From: an uncultured Gemmatimonadales bacterium
GTDB taxonomy: Bacteria; Gemmatimonadota; Gemmatimonadetes; Gemmatimonadales; GWC2-71-9
DNA length: 64,000 nucleotides
Reading direction: 5' to 3'
Assembly: GCA_963748815.1 (NCBI GenBank)
Contig: CAVVKJ010000005.1
Location: 96,001 to 160,000 of the forward strand
Of this stretch, positions 54,952 to 63,306 are shown in pieces. Below the pieces are notes generated by a model. The model ran no database searches. It was not told the origin of the DNA and saw only the letters and a program-made list of their open reading frames with translations. The translations under genes were made by a program, and so were the position numbers. The first letter of the stretch is position 1, and each line of letters starts with the position of its first letter.

Positions 54952-55338
54952 ATGCGATACCGTCCAGTCGGTTTGCTCAGGACGCTTGCCAGAAGAATGC
55001 GGAAGGAGCCGACCGGCGCCGAACGCACCGTCTGGACAGTACTCAGGGACCGCCGGTGCTTGGGTTACCGATTCAAGCGGCAAGTTGTGATCGAGGGGTT
55101 GATCGTCGATTTCTACTGTCGCGAGTTGCGCCTGGCCATCGAACTTGACGGGGCGGTCCACCAGACGCGGGAGGGACGACTCCGGGACCAGGCGCGGGAC
55201 GCGCACCTGCGGTCATGCGGGATCCGGGTAATCCACCTCCAGAACGAGCAGGCCTCCGGGGCGCGTCTCCGTGCGGTTCTCACGGAGTTCGTCCTGCGTC
55301 CCCCCTCTCCGCTTGCCGGAGAGGGGGTCAGGGGGTGA
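54952..55338 (+). CDS. DUF559 endonuclease (Vsr/PD-(D/E)xK-like)
   Basis: ARRMRKEPTGAE, FKRQ, IVDFYC, IELDGAVH and RDQARDAHL...GIRV; C-terminus PSPLAGEG is encoded by an A repeat. Confidence 0.9.
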   Translation: MRYRPVGLLRTLARRMRKEPTGAERTVWTVLRDRRCLGYRFKRQVVIEGLIVDFYCRELRLAIELDGAVHQTREGRLRDQARDAHLRSCGIRVIHLQNEQASGARLRAVLTEFVLRPPSPLAGEGVRG

Positions 55339-55451
55339 GGACGAAAGGCGGGGCCGGGGGCCAGGGGAGCAGGAAACCTGGACTCGCTTTCGCGGGGTGA
55401 CGGCAATAATCCCCCCTCTCCACATGGTGGAGAGGGGGACAGGGGGTGAGG
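55300..55451 (-). repeat. Right REP array (inverted): A, degenerate B, A
   Basis: A 55300-55340; B-like 55379-55401; A 55411-55451; all in opposite orientation to the left array. Confidence 0.92.
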
Positions 55452-56039
55452 CTACTTCGCGTCCGGCGGCCTCCCCTTCGGAACCGGCTTCCCGGTGGCA
55501 CTATCCGGCCGCGCCGCGCCGGTTGAATCCGGCATCACGCCCGGCGGCGGCCCCTTCGGCTCCTCCGCCCCCGGCACCGGGTACCGTTTCGCCATGTCGG
55601 TCAGCACGCGCGCCACCCGCACCGCCGCGACGTTGTCGCTCGGTGCCTGCTGGTCGAGCTCGCGGGGCGGCAGTGAGGGATTGGCCAGCGGCCGCACCGC
55701 CGTCTCCACCCGGATCGACCCCCGCTCCTTCCCGTAGGCGTTGACCCATCCCCGCACCCGCACGACGCTGTCTCCAAGAATGCGCGCATCGGTCGGCTGC
55801 CCGGTGAGCGCGCTGAACCACTCCGTCTCCAGGTAGCCGTCCTTCGGCTCGACCCGGCTGACCGGGATCGAATCCGACTTCAGCTGTTCGGCGAGCACCT
55901 CCGTCGCCTTGGCCACGTCGAGATCCACGACCGCTTCCGCGGCGTTTGGCAGCGGGCCGAATGCAGGGCGAGTTGTGTACGGTTGACAGGCGATCACAGC
56001 CAACAGGCACATCGCGCCGGGATGCCTTGCCCGGCGCAT
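55452..56039 (-). CDS. Hypothetical lipoprotein
   Basis: Lipobox-like VIAC; DGYLETEWF segment. Confidence 0.7.
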   Translation of the reverse strand: MRRARHPGAMCLLAVIACQPYTTRPAFGPLPNAAEAVVDLDVAKATEVLAEQLKSDSIPVSRVEPKDGYLETEWFSALTGQPTDARILGDSVVRVRGWVNAYGKERGSIRVETAVRPLANPSLPPRELDQQAPSDNVAAVRVARVLTDMAKRYPVPGAEEPKGPPPGVMPDSTGAARPDSATGKPVPKGRPPDAK

Positions 56040-56043
56040 CCGG

Positions 56044-56073
56044 CCCCGCTGCCCCGCTGCCCCGCTGCCCCGC
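56044..56073. repeat. Octamer tandem repeat (CCCCGCTG)x3.75
   Basis: Read directly; 4 nt from the upstream gene's stop. Confidence 0.8.
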
Positions 56074-56077
56074 CTCA

Positions 56078-56734
56078 TCAGTCCTTGTGCTCCGGTGTGC
56101 CCGGTGCGTGCGTGTGCGCCGGCTTGGCGGGTGCGGCGCTGTCAGTCGGGGCGCCTGTCGAGTCCGCCGGCATCGGCGCGTCGTCGTGCTCTTCGCCCGG
56201 CGCATGCTCGTGACCGCCCGCGCGGTTCTTGATCTCCGCCTCCATCTTCTCGGTGCTCATACCGGCGGCGTGATCGAACACCAGCTCGCCCCCCTCCATG
56301 CCGGTGGCGGTCAGCGGGACCAGCCCGACCACGCCGATCAGCGCCAACACCCACCGCTCCTTCCGGAGCATCTTCGATTCCCGCAGCACCCGCCACACCG
56401 CCACCACGCCAAAGAAGCCGAGGGTAATCCACGCGAACCGCTCGTGCACCTGCATGATCTCGTGGATGGACTGCCCATGCTCGAGCGCGTCTTCCGCCCG
56501 AAGCCCCGAAAAGAGCGCGGCGGCGGCGGTCACCGCGCCGATGACCAGCGACCAGTACGACGCGCTCCGCAGGCTCTCCCGTTTCGTGAACAGGTAGGCG
56601 AGCTCCAGGAGCACGCCGACCACCAGCAGCGCCGGCGGGAAGTCGTTGATGACGGCGTGCAGCCGCGGGGCGTCGTAGCCGAAGAACGTGCCCGCGGCGG
56701 CGGCGTCGCCGTGGAGCAGGAGAGAGAGCAGCAT
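56078..56734 (-). CDS. DUF2231-like membrane protein with His-rich tail
   Basis: LHAVINDFPPAL, conserved His residues, GGELVFDHAAG. Confidence 0.75.
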   Translation of the reverse strand: MLLSLLLHGDAAAAGTFFGYDAPRLHAVINDFPPALLVVGVLLELAYLFTKRESLRSASYWSLVIGAVTAAAALFSGLRAEDALEHGQSIHEIMQVHERFAWITLGFFGVVAVWRVLRESKMLRKERWVLALIGVVGLVPLTATGMEGGELVFDHAAGMSTEKMEAEIKNRAGGHEHAPGEEHDDAPMPADSTGAPTDSAAPAKPAHTHAPGTPEHKD

Positions 56735-56761
56735 GTCCGGTGGTGTCTTTCGCTGTCGGGG

Positions 56762-57649
56762 TTAGAGGCCGAGGTCCACCGGGACCGGCGGATTGGCGCT
56801 GTAGTCATAGAAGCCCTTGCCGCTCTTCCGGCCGTAGAGCCCCGCCATCACCATCCGCTTGAGGAGCGGCGGCGGCGCGTAGCGCGTCTCCCGGTATTCG
56901 GTGAACATGATCTCGGCAATCTTGTACGTGGTGTCGTTCCCCACGAAGTCGAGCAGCGTGAGCGGACCCATCGGGTAGCCGCAGCCGAGCTTCATGGCGT
57001 TGTCGATGTCGACGGTGTTCGCGACGCCGTGCTCCAGAGCGCGGATGGCGTCGAGCAGGTACGGCACCAGGAGCAGATTGACGATGAACCCCGAATTGTC
57101 CTTGGCCGCCACCGCCTCCTTGCCGAGGCTTCTGGCAAAGGTCATGGACCGATCGAAGGTGGCCGGGCTGGTGGTGACGGTGCGGACCACCTCGACCAGC
57201 TGCATGAGCGGGACGGGATTGAAGAAGTGAAGCCCCACGAACCGGTCGGCCCGCTTGGTGGCGGACGCCATGGCCGCGATGGTGAGGCTCGAGGTGTTGC
57301 TGGCAAAGATGGTGTGCGCCGGGCAGAGGGCGTCGAGCTGCGTCCAGAGCTCGTTCTTGAGGTCGAGGTCTTCGGTCACGGCCTCGATGATGACGTCGCA
57401 GTCCTTGAGCGCGGTCACGTCGGTCACGTAGGAGAGCCGCCCGAGGGTGGCGTCGCGGTCGGCGGCGGGGAGCTTGCCCTTCTCGACGAACTTGTCGAGC
57501 GACTTGCCGATGCCCGCCTTCCCCTTGGCCATGACGGCATCGGACACATCGCGGACGACGGTGGTATAGCCGGCGGTGGCGGCCACCTGGGCAATGCCGC
57601 TGCCCATCAAGCCGCATCCGAGCACGCCGACCTTCTTGATCTCTGCCAT
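56762..57649 (-). CDS. hbd: 3-hydroxybutyryl-CoA dehydrogenase
   Basis: GCGLMGSGIA, SNTSSL, LHFFNPVP, GYPMGPL and GRKSGKGFY. Confidence 0.93.
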   Translation of the reverse strand: MAEIKKVGVLGCGLMGSGIAQVAATAGYTTVVRDVSDAVMAKGKAGIGKSLDKFVEKGKLPAADRDATLGRLSYVTDVTALKDCDVIIEAVTEDLDLKNELWTQLDALCPAHTIFASNTSSLTIAAMASATKRADRFVGLHFFNPVPLMQLVEVVRTVTTSPATFDRSMTFARSLGKEAVAAKDNSGFIVNLLLVPYLLDAIRALEHGVANTVDIDNAMKLGCGYPMGPLTLLDFVGNDTTYKIAEIMFTEYRETRYAPPPLLKRMVMAGLYGRKSGKGFYDYSANPPVPVDLGL

Positions 57650-57665
57650 GAGGAATTCCGGTGGT

Positions 57666-58493
57666 TCAGGGTTTGAGCGCTTTGCGCACTTCCTGCACGA
57701 GTGAGGTGATCATGCTGTTCCGTTCCGGGGGCAGCTCCGCCTGCGACCGGCTGCCGCGCCGCTCCAACTGGTCGAGCGCCCGCTCCAGTCCGAGCCGGGT
57801 CCGTTCCGCCACGCCGGCATAGGGCCGTGTGACGGCGTAGCCAGCCGCCATCGCGGCCGGGAGCGGGAGGAGCAGCACCAGGGGAAAGGCGCCGAGGACC
57901 GCGAGCACGGCGGTCGCTGCCGCGCCCACCGACACGAACGCCGCCCCGCCGCCGATGTAGGCCCCCCGCGTCATCCGCAGGTCGGCGCCGAGCTGCACGT
58001 GACAGTATCCCGACTCCAGCGGCGTGATGCTGGCCCTCACCACGCCCGCCTTGCCGAGCATGGCCCGGGCGCCGCCGCTCAGCGCGGCGGCTGACGCACG
58101 GAGCGCGGCCTGGAAGCCGCCCATCTGTTCCCAGGAGATGCGCCCGCCCTGGTGGCGCTGGACCACCAGGTGTTCCTGCTGTGTCCATCCACTCGAGCAG
58201 CAGCGCCTCGTGCCGTTCCGCCGAGCCCATGACGACGCGGTCGGCGGTGACGGTCGCGGCGCCGATGGCATGCGGTCGAGCCAGCGTGAGTCCGCCGGCG
58301 TGGTTCGGACCCGTTCCTCGATCAGCGCCTGCTGGAGGTAGCGGGCCGGGATGCCGACATCCCGGCCGAGGGCCAGCACCTGGTCCTCGGTCATGGCGTC
58401 GCCCACTTCGTGCTCGCCGGTCTGCAGTTCGGCGGCACGGCGAATGATTCGGTCGAGTGCGGCGCGGTCGATCCGCGCAGGGAGGTCGGCCAT
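57666..58493 (-). CDS. Hypothetical membrane protein; probable compensating internal frameshifts at about 58190-58270
   Basis: Helical N-terminus IIRRAAELQ...GRDVGIP and two TM helices; middle segment reads out of frame. Confidence 0.65.
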   Translation of the reverse strand: MADLPARIDRAALDRIIRRAAELQTGEHEVGDAMTEDQVLALGRDVGIPARYLQQALIEERVRTTPADSRWLDRMPSAPRPSPPTASSWARRNGTRRCCSSGWTQQEHLVVQRHQGGRISWEQMGGFQAALRASAAALSGGARAMLGKAGVVRASITPLESGYCHVQLGADLRMTRGAYIGGGAAFVSVGAAATAVLAVLGAFPLVLLLPLPAAMAAGYAVTRPYAGVAERTRLGLERALDQLERRGSRSQAELPPERNSMITSLVQEVRKALKP

Positions 58494-58499
58494 CGCTGC

Positions 58500-59354
58500 C
58501 TAGGTCGTTTCCTTCTTGACGCCGGCCTCGATGCGCGGGAGGCCCGCCAGGAGGTCGGGTGCCGGCAAGCTCCGGCTGCCGGCGGCCTCCGCCTTGAGGC
58601 TCGCCACCTTGAGGTCGGCCATTTCCATGAAGGGACGAATCAGGTCGATCGGCAGCGGGAAGATGGTCGTCGAGTTGTTCTCCGCGGCGATTTCCGCGAC
58701 CGTCTGCAGATACCGAAGCTGAATGGCGCTCGGCTCGGTCGCCAGGGTCCGGGCCGCCTGGGCCAGGGTCTCCGACGCCTGCAGTTCGCCCTGTGCCGCG
58801 ATGACCTTGGCGCGGCGCTCCCGCTCCGCCTCGGCCTGCCGCGACATGGCCCGCTTCATCTGTTCCGGCAGGTCCACGTCCTTCACTTCCACCGCCGACA
58901 CGTGAATGCCCCAGGCGTCGGTACGCTCGTCGATGATCCGCTTCAGCACCGCGTTGATCTTCTCCCGGTCGCTGAGCAATTCGTCGAGTTCCACTTCGCC
59001 CAGCACGGCGCGGAGCGTCGTCTGCGCCAGCTGGCTGGTGGCGTAGAGGTAGTCCTCGATCTCGATGACCGCGCGTTCGGGGTCGGACACCTTCATGTAC
59101 AGCACCGCATTCACCTTGAGGGACACGTTGTCCCGGGTGATGACGTCCTGCGGCGGAATGTCGAGTGCCATGATGCGAAGCGACACCCGCTTGACGCTGG
59201 CGAACCCGGCGGGCAGGAAGAAGAGCCCCGGCCCCTTGGTGCCCCAGTACTTTCCGAGGAAGAAGGCCACGCCCCGCTCGTACTGCTTGAGCACCCGCAG
59301 GCTGGCAAAGGAATAGGCGACGGCAATCGCGAGCGCCATCAACAGGATCGGCAT
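58500..59354 (-). CDS. SPFH/stomatin (slipin) family protein
   Basis: [31 protein letters not shown] and LRYLQT. Confidence 0.93.
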   Translation of the reverse strand: MPILLMALAIAVAYSFASLRVLKQYERGVAFFLGKYWGTKGPGLFFLPAGFASVKRVSLRIMALDIPPQDVITRDNVSLKVNAVLYMKVSDPERAVIEIEDYLYATSQLAQTTLRAVLGEVELDELLSDREKINAVLKRIIDERTDAWGIHVSAVEVKDVDLPEQMKRAMSRQAEAERERRAKVIAAQGELQASETLAQAARTLATEPSAIQLRYLQTVAEIAAENNSTTIFPLPIDLIRPFMEMADLKVASLKAEAAGSRSLPAPDLLAGLPRIEAGVKKETT

Positions 59355-59363
59355 GGTGTCCTC

Positions 59364-60569
59364 CTAGGCCGGGAAGGCTTCGACGATGACGGCAGCGCCC
59401 TGGCCGCCGCCGATGCAGGCGCTGCCAAGGCCGTAACGCTTGCCCATCTTCCGGAGCGCGTGCAGCAGGTGCAGCGAAATCCGGGTGCCGCTGGCGGCCA
59501 GCGGGTGGCCGATGGCAATGGCGCCGCCGTGGATGTTGGTCCGCGCGCGGTCGAGGCCGAGTTCCTTCTCGACGGCCACGTACTGGGCGCTGAACGCCTC
59601 GTTCACTTCCACCAGGTCCATCTGGTCGAGCGTCAGCCCCGCCTTGGCCAGCGCCTTGCGCGCCGCCGGGGCCGGACCGATGCCCATGTACTTGGGCTCG
59701 ACGCCCGCGATGCCCCACGACACCAGCCGACCGATCGGCTTCAGCCCCTTGGCGGCCCCTTCACTGGCCAGCACCACGGCGGCGGCGCCGTCGCAGATGC
59801 CCGACGCGTTGCCGGCCGTCACCACGCCGTCCTTCTTGAAGTAGGGCGCCAGCTTGGCGAGCCCCTCGGCGGTGGTGTCGGGCCGCATATGCTCGTCGGC
59901 GCCCCACGGCTCGTCCTGCTTCGTCTTCCGGTTGCGGATCGGCACCGGCGCGAGCTCGTCGGCGAAGAAGCCGCCGTCCCACCCCGCCTTGGCGCGCTGC
60001 TGGCTGGTGAGCGCGTAGGCGTCCACCTCGGCCCGCGAAATCTTGTACTTGTCGGCCAGGTTCTCGGCGGTCTCCGCCATCGAGAAGCCGCACTGCGGAT
60101 CCTTGAGCGACTCCCAGAGCAGGTCCTCGAACGGCGGCGCCGGTCCGAGGCGGAGTCCCCACCGCGCGCCGCGCACGACGTGCGGGGCCTGGCTCATCGA
60201 CTCGGCGCCACCGGCGAGCACGATCTTCGACTCGCCGAGGAGGATCTGCTGGGCACCCTGGATGATCGACTCGAAGCCGGAGCCGCAGAGCCGGTTGACG
60301 GTGACGGCCGGGGTCTCGATCGGGAGCCCGGCGCGGAGCGCCACGTGCCGCGCCAGGTAGATGGCGTCGGCGCTGGTCTGGAGGGCATTGCCGAAGACCA
60401 CGTGGTCCACCGCGGAGCCCTCGACACCGGCCTTGGCCAGCGCGTGCTGAGCGGCGTAAACGCCGAGTGTGGTGGCGGTTAGGTCCTTGAGCGTGCCGCC
60501 GAAACTGCCGAAGCCCGTGCGGGAGCCGGACAGGAAGAGGACATCGGATTGCTGGCCCTGCGTCTTCAT
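59364..60569 (-). CDS. Acetyl-CoA C-acyltransferase (thiolase)
   Basis: NRLCGSG, NEAF, GHPLAASG and CIGGGQG. Confidence 0.95.
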   Translation of the reverse strand: MKTQGQQSDVLFLSGSRTGFGSFGGTLKDLTATTLGVYAAQHALAKAGVEGSAVDHVVFGNALQTSADAIYLARHVALRAGLPIETPAVTVNRLCGSGFESIIQGAQQILLGESKIVLAGGAESMSQAPHVVRGARWGLRLGPAPPFEDLLWESLKDPQCGFSMAETAENLADKYKISRAEVDAYALTSQQRAKAGWDGGFFADELAPVPIRNRKTKQDEPWGADEHMRPDTTAEGLAKLAPYFKKDGVVTAGNASGICDGAAAVVLASEGAAKGLKPIGRLVSWGIAGVEPKYMGIGPAPAARKALAKAGLTLDQMDLVEVNEAFSAQYVAVEKELGLDRARTNIHGGAIAIGHPLAASGTRISLHLLHALRKMGKRYGLGSACIGGGQGAAVIVEAFPA

Positions 60570-60665
60570 GGTGGTGCCCTTCAAGAAAGAGGGTCGGTCG
60601 AGACCCGAAAGATGTCCCGAACCGACCCCCCATTCAAGGAACGCCCGACCGGCGGTTGCCGCCCG

Positions 60666-61127
60666 CTAATTCGCCGGCGGCGGCTGCCAGATGTCGTAGA
60701 GGAGCTTCCATTGGCCGCTCGCCGTCCGGACCCAGGTCACCAGATACCTCCCCGAAGCGGTCGCCGGGTCCTTGCCTTCGCGCTGCCCGGTGCTGTTCCA
60801 GGTGCCGACGTCCACCGCCAGGTCGCCCTGGATCTGCAGGTGCTCGATTGTCAGCACGTGCACCAGCTGCCGATACCCCTCGGGCCAGACGAAGAGGTGG
60901 CCGATGGCGGCGGGGCCGACCACCTCGCGCCGTCCGGGCGGAAAGGCGATGGCGGAGTCGACGTAGGCGTTGGCCAGGGCGAGGGTGTCATTCCGCAGGT
61001 AGGCTGCGGAGAATGCGCGGGCCGCCGCGGCAATGGCGGTGCTGTCGGCCGCGTAGGATCGCTGCGCCGACACGGGGGCTGGCGCGAGTGTGGCGGCCGC
61101 GAGGACCACCGCCCAGCGTGTCATCAT
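60666..61127 (-). CDS. NTF2/SnoaL-like (DUF4440) secreted protein
   Basis: Signal peptide; GRYLVTWVR...WKLLYDIW. Confidence 0.78.
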   Translation of the reverse strand: MMTRWAVVLAAATLAPAPVSAQRSYAADSTAIAAAARAFSAAYLRNDTLALANAYVDSAIAFPPGRREVVGPAAIGHLFVWPEGYRQLVHVLTIEHLQIQGDLAVDVGTWNSTGQREGKDPATASGRYLVTWVRTASGQWKLLYDIWQPPPAN

Positions 61128-61368
61128 GCCTTCTTGATGAGTCGAATGACGAACAGCAGGATCATCGCACCGACGGTGGCGCTGATCAGGGTGCCGAGGA
61201 TGCCCGACGGGCAGGAAACCGAACATGCCGAAGACCCACCCGCCGACGAACGCGCCGATGACGCCGAGCACGAGGTCACCGACGAGGCCGAAGCCCTGCG
61301 CCCTTCATGATCTTGCCGGCGAGAAACCCCGCGACGATACCGATGATGAGAAAGACGATCATGCCCAT
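61124..61368 (-). CDS. GlsB/YeaQ/YmgE (transglycosylase-associated) membrane protein; frameshifted
   Basis: MGMIVFLIIGIVAGFLAGKIM...LGVIGAFVGG...ATVGAMILL across frames. Confidence 0.8.
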
Positions 61369-61377
61369 GGAACCTCC

Positions 61378-61953
61378 TCAGGTTGTCAGGACCCGCTCGA
61401 TACGCTGGTCGGGAATCAGCCAGATGAGCGCCACCACGACGAAGGCCGTCCCCGCGATCCACACCTCGAAGAACGACGCGACTATACCGATGACGTACAG
61501 AGCCAGCGAGATGTTTCCCTTCCGGTCCCTGCCGATGGCCTGGGCCAGCTTCGAGTCGGGGCCCTCCACGCGCAGCGTGGCCCGGACCAGGATCGTATAG
61601 GCGACGGCGGCCATCAGGAGCACAAAACCGTACAGCGCCACCGGCGCCGGGGCGAAGTGGTTCTCGCCCATCCATCCCGTCACGAACGGCACGAGCGAGA
61701 GCCAGAAGAGCAGGTGGAGATTGGCCCAGAGCATCGGCCCGCTGACCCGGTGGATCGCGTGCATCATGTGGTGATGGTTGTTCCAGTAGATGCCGAGATA
61801 GATGAAGCTCAGCACGTAACTGAGGAAGACAGGCGTGAGCGGGCGCAGTGCCGCGAAGTCGGCGCCGTGCGGCACCTTCATTTCCAGAACCATGATGGTG
61901 ATGATGATCGCCATCACGCCATCGCTGAATGCCTCGAGTCGTCCGGTGGTCAC
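61378..61953 (-). CDS. TMEM175-family potassium channel
   Basis: RLEAFSDGVMAIIITIMVLE and YWNNHHH. Confidence 0.92.
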   Translation of the reverse strand: MTTGRLEAFSDGVMAIIITIMVLEMKVPHGADFAALRPLTPVFLSYVLSFIYLGIYWNNHHHMMHAIHRVSGPMLWANLHLLFWLSLVPFVTGWMGENHFAPAPVALYGFVLLMAAVAYTILVRATLRVEGPDSKLAQAIGRDRKGNISLALYVIGIVASFFEVWIAGTAFVVVALIWLIPDQRIERVLTT

Positions 61954-62387
61954 GAATTCGGCTTGATGGGCCCGCGCCCCGTGACCGTGACCTTGACGGC
62001 CCTGCCACTCGGCGCGCCCGTCGCCCAGATCTGGAATTCCCCGGTCGTCGTCGCCCGGATTTCCCAGGTCGATCCGCCGGCGACCCCGCCCGACATCAGG
62101 CGCCCGACATACGGCATCTGCGTGCCCGACTGGCGGGGGCGCAGCTGGATCGTGATCCCTCCCACGTCGGTCTCGGCGTAGTAGAGGCAGCCCGTCTCGA
62201 GGGTGAGCGCCGCGCGTTCACCGGACGAGGTAAATTCGGTGGCCAGCACCACGGTGCCGGCGGAGATCGGGCAGACGGGCGCGACGCCCGTCGGTCCGCT
62301 CGGTGCAGGCGCCGCTGCGGCGGCGCCCTGGTTGCTGGACGCACAGGCGGTGAACAGTGCCAACAGCAGGAGTTGTGAGGTGCGCAT
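61950..62387 (-). CDS. Hypothetical lipoprotein
   Basis: Lipobox FTAC; overlaps the TMEM175 start. Confidence 0.65.
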   Translation of the reverse strand: MRTSQLLLLALFTACASSNQGAAAAAPAPSGPTGVAPVCPISAGTVVLATEFTSSGERAALTLETGCLYYAETDVGGITIQLRPRQSGTQMPYVGRLMSGGVAGGSTWEIRATTTGEFQIWATGAPSGRAVKVTVTGRGPIKPNS

Positions 62388-62513
62388 CGGCGGCTCCGAT
62401 TCCGTGTGAGGAGGAGGTCTGCAATTTACTTCCCGAAGCTGTCGAATGGGTGACGTGTCCGTCCCTTGACAAGATCACGCAAATATGACGAAGTTGGTTG
62501 CAATACAATTTAC

Positions 62514-62530
62514 TTGAGAGTTATTCTCAA
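62514..62530. promoter_or_regulatory. Fur-box-like palindromic operator
   Basis: TTGAGA-GTTAT-TCTCAA in an AT-rich island immediately upstream of a small ORF and heme oxygenase. Confidence 0.65.
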
Positions 62531-62532
62531 CT

Positions 62533-62643
62533 ATGCGCATACCCGCGTTCATTGCCAGGCTCGGATTGCTCGGCACCCTCTTCTTCCTCATCAAGGGGCT
62601 CCTGTGGCTCATCATTCCGGCGCTGCTGGTGGCGGTCCGCTGA
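62533..62643 (+). CDS. 36-aa single-TM small protein, absent from the ORF track
   Basis: MRIPAFIARLGLLGTLFFLIKGLLWLIIPALLVAVR*; GC-rich third positions. Confidence 0.65.
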   Translation: MRIPAFIARLGLLGTLFFLIKGLLWLIIPALLVAVR

Positions 62644-62663
62644 ACGACGATTCTGCCGGGACC

Positions 62664-63287
62664 ATGCTCACCCTGCGGGAAGCCACCGCCAGCCATCACC
62701 GCCGGGCGGAGCAGCACGAGTTCCAGCAGCGATTCGTTCGCGGCACCCTGCCACGGGCGCTCTATGTCGGATGGCTCGGGCAGTTGATCCACGTCCACTC
62801 GGCGCTGGAGTCGCATCTCGAACGCCTGGTCGCCGGCCATCCTCGGCTCGCGAGCGTCTTCGAGGATTCGCGGCGGAAGGTCGCCCCGCTGCAGCGGGAC
62901 CTGGCCTACCTCGGTGCGGCGCCGGGACAGCCCCCGCTTCCCGCCGCCCGCGCCATGATCGACTGGATGGATACGCTCGCCGCATCGGAGCCGCTGGCAT
63001 TGCTCGGCGTGTTCTACGTCCTGGAGGGGAGCACCAACGGGTCGAAGTTCATCGCGCGAAAGGTGCGCCCCGCCTACGACCTGCCCAGCAGCGGCGAGGG
63101 CTCGGCGTACCTCGATCCCTACGGTGAGGCGCAGCCGGCCCGCTGGCGGGAGTTCAAGACCGCGATGGACGCCCTCAATCTTCCCGCACGCGACGTCGAG
63201 CCCATCGTGGCCGCGGCACAGCACACCTTCGATGCGATTCGTGAATTGGGCGCGGAGTTGCTCGCCACGGAAGCGGCCGCCGCGTAG
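62664..63287 (+). CDS. Biliverdin-producing heme oxygenase (HemO/PigA type)
   Basis: LREATASHHRRAE (proximal His region) and YVLEGSTNG distal helix. Confidence 0.88.
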   Translation: MLTLREATASHHRRAEQHEFQQRFVRGTLPRALYVGWLGQLIHVHSALESHLERLVAGHPRLASVFEDSRRKVAPLQRDLAYLGAAPGQPPLPAARAMIDWMDTLAASEPLALLGVFYVLEGSTNGSKFIARKVRPAYDLPSSGEGSAYLDPYGEAQPARWREFKTAMDALNLPARDVEPIVAAAQHTFDAIRELGAELLATEAAAA

Positions 63288-63306
63288 CACGGCCGGAGGG
63301 ACCTGC

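Noticed and set aside
54619..55456. Classical IS element
   Set aside because: It has terminal inverted repeats but no DDE, HUH or serine transposase motif and no visible direct target duplication.
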